Shown: positions 61,101 to 64,000 of the stretch, piece by piece
How the letters are laid out: each line of letters opens with the position of its first letter
How positions within the stretch are numbered: the first letter of the stretch is position 1
Assembly: GCA_048634245.1 (NCBI GenBank)
Contig: JAIWAR010000003.1
Coordinates: forward strand, 2,401 to 66,400
Origin: Methanosarcinales archaeon
GTDB lineage: Bacteria > Omnitrophota > Gorgyraeia > Duberdicusellales > 4484-171
Direction of reading: 5' to 3'
DNA length: 64,000 nt
Notes under the pieces: generated by a model
What the model was told of the DNA's origin: nothing
The model's input: only the letters and a program-made list of their open reading frames with translations
Databases searched by the model: none
Program-made: the position numbers and the translations under genes

Positions 61101-64000
61101 ATATAGAGGTTTTCGGTATAAGTGTGGGTGATAAAGAAGCAATGCAGACTGTTCTTAATGCTTTTGGAGAAGAAAGAGCCGTTCTTCCTGAGAATCCGGA
61201 TTTAAGTGATTTGCCGGAACGTGTATTAAAGAAGTTTGCTGAAATTTTAGCTCCGCCGAATCATGAAATATCCTGGGATCAGATACTTTCTGACGGCGGG
61301 GAGGTGGAAGAAACTGGAGAACTCAGAGAAACCGGGTACCGACACTTTTTCTATCAGGAAATAGGGGGGAAAGACTATTTGGTATGGCAGAAAGAAGACG
61401 AGAGTGGGCATATGCACAAACTAATGTGGCAGAGAGGCCAGGGTGGTCCGAATGTGCCGGATGTAATAACCATAGATGACGATGAAAACGAACAATTGAT
61501 ATTAGATATATTACAGGCATTATATATCGAAGGGGTGGATTACACATCATATTCAAAAGACGGCAGATACTATTTAAGGAAGTTTGGTAAGAACAGAGTG
61601 GTATTGATGGAAAGAGAAGATTCCAAAGATTGGGTAATAAGGAAAGAATTCAGGATACAGAAAGAACCGGCTAAGAGCAAAGAAGAAGACGGGTACAAAA
61701 TATTTAAGAACAAGAATATAGAGTGGCGTATAAATAAAGAGAAGAAATTAGATTTAAGAGTCGGAGAAAACAAATGGGTTCAGGTAATAGGAAATAACGG
61801 AGGATTTAGTGAATATTTAGAAGTAGAATACGATGCTAAAGAAAAAGGGTATATGATATTTGATTCAATAAGCAAAAGAATAGTAATAGCAAGAAGTAAA
61901 GAAAGGGCAGATGAATTGCATATTATATGTGATATAAAAGTAGAGAAACTTAAAAGTTCGGAAGAGTGGGAAGGAAAGATAATTAGGCTGATAGGGTATA
62001 CCGGGTTAGGAAAAGATGAAATATTGAGAGCGGCCGGGCACCTCATGAATGAAGAAGAATTTTTTGTGGCTGGCAATTATGATATGGAACCGGAAGACTT
62101 TTTTGAGTATCAGACTTTAGGAATAGAGGAAGGGTTAACAACAGGACATTTATATACAGTAGTAAATAAGATATTTCATAACGGAGGCTGGGGAGTCATA
62201 GATGAAATATCCAAGATAAAACCTAAAGTATTGAGTGTTTTAAAGACATCGATAGCGGCCAAAACACATCAGAGATGGGTAAAGGATGATAAAGAAAAAG
62301 GAGGAGAGAAATTAGATACAATGGCAAACCATTCAAGAGCGCGGTTAATCGGGACATTGAACCAATTGATTGCCGGAATAACGGGAGCGGGATATTCAGA
62401 CCAGGCAACACAGGACAGATTAAAAGATATACCTTTTGTATGGAGGAAACCGAGTTCAGAAAAGAAGCTGCAATTTGAGTTAGCCATGAGGAAACTGAAA
62501 GAAATCAGGCCGGAATTAGAAGACGAAGAATTAGATTCCGAAAAAGAAAGGATTAGAGCAATAGTAGATGTATTGGTAGATGTAGCTTGGCCGATGAGAT
62601 TAGCGTTTGCCGGATATGATGCGGAGCAGGTAGCAAAGTTCACAGAAGATGACTTTAAGAATTGGGATAAATTATTAAAAGACGCGACATTCGCGCCTAA
62701 GACAAAAGCCGGAAAGAATTTAAAGAGAGCGCCGAGTCCCAGGGTGATAGGGAATATTGTACAGCAGGCGATAATGTTCCCTAAGCTTTGGGAAAACGAA
62801 CCCTGGACAATAGTAGAAATGTGGTTCAACCTTTACGCGGATGACCTAAAACCCCAGGAAAAGAAAAGACAATCACAGGCAATAAAAACTCAGTTTGAGA
62901 ACCCGGCTCAAAGAGGAGGAGATAACGGTATAAAGAATAAGGATGATCTCCCAGCAATAGAGTTAACCTTAGAATCATTTAAAGTAGAAGGAGAGTATCT
63001 GATAGTTACCCCTAAGAAAGTAGAAGCCAACGGAGAATATGTAGAGTATTGGGACCAGATAAAAGTATGGATACACCCGGATTCCAGGGAATACATAGAA
63101 CAATACGGATTACCGGAAGAAGTACACTACTGGTTAGGAACTCAGAGCATATATAACAGCAGGCAGATGTATTTAGCCTTACAAGTTAGAGCCTTAGGAA
63201 AGAGCCTTATATTTGTAGGTAAACAAGGGACAGGAAAAAGTGTATTAGCTGAAACTATAGGTATACTGTTAGACGGAGAAGAAGTTCCTCAAATAGAAAT
63301 CAAGAAAGATACAGATAAAGAAGAATTGACATTTAAGCCATATTTAAGAGGAGCGATATCAGGGTTTGATTACGGGCCTTACGCTGTAGGGGTGAGAGAT
63401 CATAAGACAGTGATATCAGAAGAAACTACCCAAGGCCAGCCGGGAGTAATCGGAGTAAGTAACGAAGCTATAGAAAGACAGTTTATGGTGCATCCTGACG
63501 GGACAAAAATAGGGAAAGAAGGAGACGGAAGATTCGGGGTAATTCATGCAATAAACCCGCCCGGTAACACCAGGTTTTCAGTAAAAGCATTTAGCGACGA
63601 ATATATAGAACGGCACGCGGTATTATGGTTTGAGACATCGAGCCCGGAAGAGATGTACAATTACCTGTTACCGGTGTCAGAAAGGAAAGGAATAAGAGTT
63701 AATCCGCGGATAATCGGAGAAAAGTTAAGAGATGCCGACGGAGAAATAGCATTAGTAAACGGGCAGGAGAAATGGATAGGATTAGTAGGTATGGTCCAGG
63801 ATTTATTGATAAAAGAAGAGACCAATCCTTTAGATAAAAAGTTACCGTTACGAATACCTGGATACAGAGCATTAAAGAGCTTAATAAAAGATATGCGCAG
63901 TTACTGGGAAGTAAACGCGGCATTTAGTAAAGATCATAGGCAGGAACTGTTATTAGATAAATTTTTAGATAACTTTGTAATGGAAGGCAGCCCGGAAGAA
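2..64000 (+). CDS. Single giant ORF, partial at both ends (at least 21,333 codons in window); multi-domain mega-protein
   Basis: Manual translation in phase 2 (codons at 2,5,8...) gives continuous protein-like sequence with no TAA/TAG/TGA across the window. The ORF track lists no plus-strand ORF in phase 2 (an M-to-stop ORF would have to appear if any stop existed) and lists none in phase 1; all six listed plus ORFs start at coordinates divisible by 3. Canonical enzyme motifs occur in this frame throughout (see domain features). Confidence 0.9.
2090..3380 (+). repeat. Dispersed internal duplication, copy A (~1.3 kb; partner at 13620-14900), covering the GT81-like domain and ~160 aa downstream
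   Basis: Near-colinear protein identity, EEKRQTRSVYNEAMKTPFKKAEIIGKVDIV... versus NKEKRQIRSTYNEAMKAPFKKAEIIGRADIV..., through ...EEFISAREGFVNEWREKE versus ...EEFIEARRDFVDKWREKE. Antisense artefact ORFs 2341..2550 and 13858..14067 are near-identical (MGLTIRETHSLVTLRSSASMKVQ...). Confidence 0.8.
2180..2900 (+). other. Domain: GT-A fold glycosyltransferase, glucosyl-/mannosyl-3-phosphoglycerate synthase (GT81)-like, copy 1
   Basis: Motifs IVIGIPFFDEVETV (cf. GpgS LPALNEEETI), RGKGIGGMRPVMELADMLGAEACTFIDADE (GKG...DAD motif), IGGEFALSRRLI (cf. LGGEYAATRELL), DLGIKAHSF (cf. NLGVRAH). Confidence 0.6.
3500..5700 (+). other. Module A of a tandem duplicated ~2.2 kb unit containing a YvcK/CofD-family (UPF0052, gluconeogenesis-factor/2-phospho-L-lactate-transferase-like) fold with large insertions
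   Basis: N-terminal DIIALHGGTGGASFG ... AISPHDTGGASRKL (nt ~3570-3720) and C-terminal LIMGPGSFYTSLLSILLIPEIVEAL (nt ~5110-5190), the hallmark GPGSxYTSxxPNLLxP-type motif of YvcK/CofD. Confidence 0.5.
6960..9140 (+). other. Module B of the tandem duplicated YvcK/CofD-like unit
   Basis: DIVALYGGTGGRFFG ... AISPHDDGGASRKLQ (nt ~7020-7170) and LSMGPGSIYTSLLPILLIPEIIEAL (nt ~8550-8630). Colinear with module A over ~700 aa (e.g. LGYIPSPGDTMNILSG identical in both; TFEEGTLYVRLKDMTIIK versus TFEPGTLYVKLSDMTIIK). Confidence 0.55.
9460..9900 (+). other. Domain: NUDIX-hydrolase-like
   Basis: GIWHATAQVLVIDQSGRMLIQVR followed by SGHLKPNESYEKQALRVIDETL, approximating the Nudix box Gx5Ex7REUxEExGU (variant). 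Confidence 0.35.
11260..11720 (+). other. Domain: HAD-IIB (Cof/sucrose-phosphatase-type) phosphatase-like, probably degenerate
   Basis: C-terminal block GGSTSIDFARKDINKSIAAEDLIRGARLEKERDLLLAIGDEFIFTGVDFAFLK resembles the HAD-IIB SIDI..GVSKGxALxxL....eeviAfGDsxNDxxML block, but the ND dyad is replaced by TG. Candidate motif I is PFIDLRTNIG (second Asp replaced by Arg). Confidence 0.3.
12040..13560 (+). other. Domain: alpha-D-phosphohexomutase (phosphoglucomutase/phosphomannomutase family)
   Basis: FGTSGWRGVIG (N-terminal), active-site TASHNP (nt ~12340), metal-binding loop DGDADR (nt ~12850), sugar-binding GEESAH region. Order and spacing typical of PGM/PMM. Confidence 0.8.
13620..14900 (+). 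repeat. Dispersed internal duplication, copy B (partner of 2090-3380)
   Basis: See copy A. The nucleotide strings are visibly near-identical, e.g. ggcataggaggaatgaggccggttatggaa occurs in both copies. Confidence 0.8.
13690..14420 (+). other. Domain: GT81 glucosyl-3-phosphoglycerate-synthase-like GT-A domain, copy 2
   Basis: IVVGIPFFDEVKTV, RGKGIGGMRPVMELADMLGAEACTFIDADE, IGGEFAFSKRLM, DLGVKAHSF. Confidence 0.6.
15790..17600 (+). other. Domain: multipass-membrane glycosyltransferase region, cyclic beta-1,2-glucan synthase (NdvB/ChvB/Cgs, GT84)-like
   Basis: Hydrophobic helices (LGAIFSIAILETAAVLFYLALL, IALVSLAFFFVF; later FLLIFGWF, LFVSLLAVF, ICVWLMNIALYIF, LPILIFWSI). GT-A core YVITLDEDIEVP (DxD-like) and the processive-GT motif KRKERWTRGDWQ (QxxRW-like) at nt ~16900. 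Confidence 0.5.
17650..22450 (+). other. Domain block: NdvB-like C-terminal region with two GH94-type N-terminal beta-sandwich repeats and a GH94 (cellobiose/chitobiose-phosphorylase-like) (alpha/alpha)6 catalytic barrel
   Basis: Twofold internal similarity: KYFYIKDEDSQKVWSLGFDP...LEIWQITLQNEGKGERNLSVTSYLEW (nt ~19100-19380) versus KILYIRDLDTNEIFSPTYNP...LEIWILKLKNLGKERKRLAVTNYFEL (nt ~20470-20740). GH94 hallmarks TPRPWAHILANPEYGTLVTNSGAGYSWFMNAQQNRITPF and GAGDWNDGFSNVG ... VRENGGQYTHAATW ... GWTWYTGAAAW (nt ~21670-22370). Confidence 0.6.
22655..23530 (+). repeat. In-frame tandem repeat array: ~8 PBS-lyase-type HEAT repeats, period 111/114 nt (37/38 aa)
   Basis: Repeated SKLTDSNGNVQQAVVRALASVYPELIQQEKMSLSALE / SKLTDSNWGVRQAAVKALASIYPKLIQQGKTPDLSALE units. 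The nucleotide repeats are directly visible (e.g. ccagcaagctgctgttaaggc..., tatccgccttagaaag... recurring). Confidence 0.8.
25980..27230 (+). other. Region of multiple predicted transmembrane helices inside the giant protein
   Basis: Hydrophobic stretches FLICFAVEIFQMGLPFLFYFLSCVFIPGL, IGYILLLPFWLSIISAF, GILLGVIDVSSGIFAFSAIGIALATMLL, PLFIALAVILI, ITLGIFAGIVLFVSTFKILGIFGCIGGGLILGGLI, IAGVTGMLLIGIGSIFGLWSL, LYMIVSFLTGVFITLIV. Confidence 0.5.
27340..27700 (+). other. Domain: minimal nucleotidyltransferase (Pol-beta superfamily NTase)
   Basis: NILGIVVYGSVAEGTAVLASDLDFLVI (nt ~27425-27505) fits hG[GS]x9-13Dh[DE]h. Confidence 0.5.
28000..29500 (+). other. Domain: glucose-6-phosphate isomerase (PGI)-like
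   Basis: WVHIGVGGSKLPTE (PGI signature 1-like, GIGGSxLG) at nt ~28260; PEGMGGRFSGFSAVALLLLAVAA (PGI signature 2, G-G-R-[FY]-S) at nt ~28820-28890; downstream conserved GLHINTVVGSPYNHTGLEG region. Confidence 0.65.
29600..30900 (+). other. Domain: glyceraldehyde-3-phosphate dehydrogenase (GAPDH/E4PDH family)-like, catalytic Cys and His present
   Basis: LSCTSNAMLGIIWAL (cf. ASCTTNCLAPLAKV) at nt ~30307; TIHAAT (cf. TVHAIT); STGAAKNLFKILPELEGRFLIKAYRVGT (cf. [28 protein letters not shown]); YDNQSAAPGQ (cf. YDNEFGYS); upstream IDIAVEYGPGKEAGGKF...RVVCASP resembles the NAD-domain segment IDVVVESTGVF...KVIISAP. Confidence 0.65.
32560..33300 (+). other. Domain: radical-SAM-like (CxxxCxxC cluster motif)
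   Basis: LQITKGCSHGCKGCYYKAG at nt ~32650-32690 (C-x3-C-x2-C preceded by a Gly-rich loop). Confidence 0.4.
33600..34000 (+). other. Domain: class I SAM-dependent methyltransferase
   Basis: Motif I ILSLGCGRKG (nt ~33725), motif II HVVAMDFIGSRI, motif III-like FDVVYSH. Confidence 0.55.
34030..34230 (+). other. Two predicted transmembrane helices
   Basis: LSLLGTFLLIVFIGFGLPFTLYLLYV and FLIGILVAIPYLFGIIPYI. Confidence 0.4.
36090..36650 (+). other. ARM/HEAT-like helical repeats (~4 units)
   Basis: Recurrent GxxQxxAIxxLxKLIT units: GISQLQAITFLVKLITF, YRLQAITALDEFFS, GEFQFEAIAVLGKLITV, GEFQAEAIIILFEFISS, each followed by a (N/D)(L/D)DDLLF-type segment. Confidence 0.35.
36850..38395 (+). other. 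Domain: 2,3-bisphosphoglycerate-independent phosphoglycerate mutase (iPGM/GpmI), full length
   Basis: PLVLVILDGWG, GNSEVGHLNIGAG (phospho-Ser site), HIMGLISDAVIHSS, AITDGRDS, FFNFRADRARQ, AETQKFAHVTFFFNGR, IANADMVGHTG, IADHGNAE, all in canonical iPGM order over ~510 aa. Confidence 0.85.
38480..38800 (+). other. Domain: GNAT-acetyltransferase-like (weak)
   Basis: YFDIFPQRQGLGRVLWKHI resembles GNAT motif A (Q/RxxGxG/A); flanking beta-rich segments. Confidence 0.25.
42270..42420 (+). repeat. Low-complexity Gly/Ser/Ala-rich linker
   Basis: GIASSGAASEGSTGSGAAGSNADSSSGSADGGTLDSGGIGSG. Confidence 0.6.
44580..44800 (+). repeat. Highly charged Lys/Glu/Arg-rich segment (predicted single alpha-helix or coiled coil)
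   Basis: EKQRAEEERKKLEEKKQKALKEKRQLRKQKALKTRKSFRRQRRLEEEAKIKKAQEEKEKRVAAAEE. Confidence 0.6.
46080..47150 (+). other. Domain: GH15 (glucoamylase/glucodextranase-type) (alpha/alpha)6 barrel-like
   Basis: GRHWPRDSGIAV (cf. the WxRDSA motif), TPWARPQNDGPALRAMALIDY (cf. glucoamylase GRPQRDGPALRATA), CYDLWEDLTGYHFWT (cf. DLWEEV...FFT), GNPWFVATAWFAQYY. Confidence 0.65.
48505..49370 (+). repeat. Dispersed internal duplication, copy A (partner at 54985-55430), interrupted by a ~460 nt insertion (48560-49015)
   Basis: LELKRTKFLETEETN ... GYESYFMENDGAQHLNEFFNFLIIFLLGSTNITTKKIKSFLEMPLAAGNN...HKNIDFIDDFMDWLAMRITSPP versus LELKRTKFLGTEETDAGYESYFMKNDGSQHLNGLFDSLIIFLLGSTNITTKELKNFPEMPLAAGNN...HKNIDFISALMKWLAMRIMSPP. 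Antisense artefact ORFs 49030..49269 and 55051..55359 (and 49324..49554 / 55378..55605) share sequence. Confidence 0.7.
49880..50680 (+). other. Domain: possible guanidino-group-modifying enzyme (amidinotransferase/agmatine-deiminase superfamily)-like fold (weak)
   Basis: C-terminal GDISMHGGSYRCSS resembles the GGGxxHC catalytic-Cys motif of agmatine/arginine deiminases. Internally repeated GFKVIRIP... / GFKVVRIGG... modules suit a pentein propeller. Confidence 0.25.
53400..53780 (+). other. TPR-like helical repeats
   Basis: LKVLSDLYWKGGDLGMSACCKERVGDLLKAAGDREEAFKWYRWAVLTYRKTKNFEAANNCNKKASKL with W/Y-LG-Y-A-F spacing typical of TPR. Confidence 0.35.
53890..54750 (+). other. Domain: HAD-superfamily hydrolase-like
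   Basis: Motif I IIMDIDKTVT (DxDxT) at nt ~53895-53925, motif II-like LLISGSP, motif IV IIGIGDSTLDDF (GDxxxD) at nt ~54690. Confidence 0.45.
54985..55430 (+). repeat. Dispersed internal duplication, copy B (partner of 48505-49370)
   Basis: See copy A. Confidence 0.7.
57780..57850 (+). other. HExxH motif (possible zinc-metallopeptidase-like site)
   Basis: ATLIHELVHHLAELD. A second His-rich helix GLITHGMIHLVLG lies at nt ~56940. Confidence 0.25.
59280..60280 (+). repeat. Low-complexity acidic, Ser/Gly/Glu/Asp-rich disordered region with an embedded helical heptad-like segment
   Basis: SSLDSQGSHGEQGSQSGGAKPQSGQFGSQGKP...; ...ELQEKLNELKKLSQRLNKF...; ...SEESTDKGDQNMGDNSAAESGTGNDQRSSDSSGSEGSSQTSEVEQSPDEPESGKSSDSKS. 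Confidence 0.5.
60650..61200 (+). other. Domain: von Willebrand factor type A (vWA) with MIDAS motif
   Basis: VKITLLIDRSGSMSGDRI (DxSxS MIDAS) at nt ~60664-60710; downstream Rossmann-like alternation and GDGNVN (T/D-containing loops). Confidence 0.6.
61900..62450 (+). other. Domain: AAA+ ATPase, MoxR/dynein-midasin (AAA_5)-type, with degenerate Walker A
   Basis: IIRLIGYTGLGKDEIL (GxxGxGKD, S/T replaced by D) at nt ~61981; Walker B HNGGWGVIDEISK at nt ~62184; sensor-like ARLIGTLN. Confidence 0.45.
63150..63700 (+). other. Domain: AAA+ ATPase, MoxR/midasin (AAA_5)-type, canonical Walker A
   Basis: SLIFVGKQGTGKSVLAETIG (nt ~63205-63260); downstream GVIHAINPPGNTRFSVKAFSDEYIERHAVLWFE, the characteristic ATxNP/arginine-finger region of AAA_5. 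Confidence 0.6.

Noticed and set aside
62269-62829. Minus-strand ORF 62269..62829 (186 aa), plus the many other 60-150 aa minus-strand ORFs across the window
   Set aside because: All overlap the continuous plus-strand phase-2 frame, which carries recognisable AAA+, vWA and enzyme motifs. None has conserved motifs of its own; composition is typical of antisense artefacts.
1-64000. Search for rRNA/tRNA genes, promoters, terminators, IS elements or prophage genes
   Set aside because: No cloverleaf-compatible or rRNA-like stretches were seen. Because the whole window is interior to one ORF, no intergenic regulatory region is present. No transposase or integrase motifs (DDE, tyrosine recombinase R..H..R..Y) were recognised in any frame.

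Overview
The whole 64 kb window lies inside one uninterrupted plus-strand reading frame (codon phase 2, nt 2..64000, at least 21,333 codons) with no stop codon and truncated at both ends: a 'giant gene' for a multi-domain protein of more than 21,000 aa. Translating it by eye gives protein-like sequence throughout. The supplied ORF track fits this: no plus-strand ORF is listed in phase 2, which would have to happen if it held any in-window stop; the only plus-strand ORFs are six short ones in phase 3; the many minus-strand ORFs are antisense artefacts of a purine-rich (A+G) coding strand. From motifs I recognise, the protein is a mosaic of carbohydrate-metabolic and other modules. These include three glucosyl-3-phosphoglycerate-synthase-like GT-A (GT81) domains, two tandem YvcK/CofD-like modules, NUDIX-like and HAD-like domains, a phosphohexomutase, and a cyclic-beta-1,2-glucan-synthase (NdvB/Cgs)-like GT plus GH94 block. 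They also include a PBS-type HEAT-repeat array, multipass membrane segments, a minimal nucleotidyltransferase, phosphoglucose isomerase, a GAPDH-like domain, a radical-SAM-like CxxxCxxC domain, a SAM methyltransferase, a complete cofactor-independent phosphoglycerate mutase (iPGM), a GH15 glucoamylase-like barrel, TPR/ARM-like repeats, low-complexity linkers, a vWA (MIDAS) domain and MoxR/midasin-type AAA+ domains. A tripeptide D-G-G, encoded by GC-rich GAYGGNGG islands in otherwise AT-rich DNA, recurs about 45 times, mostly at module junctions. There are several diverged internal duplications. I found no rRNA, tRNA, CRISPR, promoter or terminator, as expected for a window interior to one gene. 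The architecture resembles the giant genes reported from Omnitrophota and related candidate phyla, but I cannot confirm the taxon from sequence alone.
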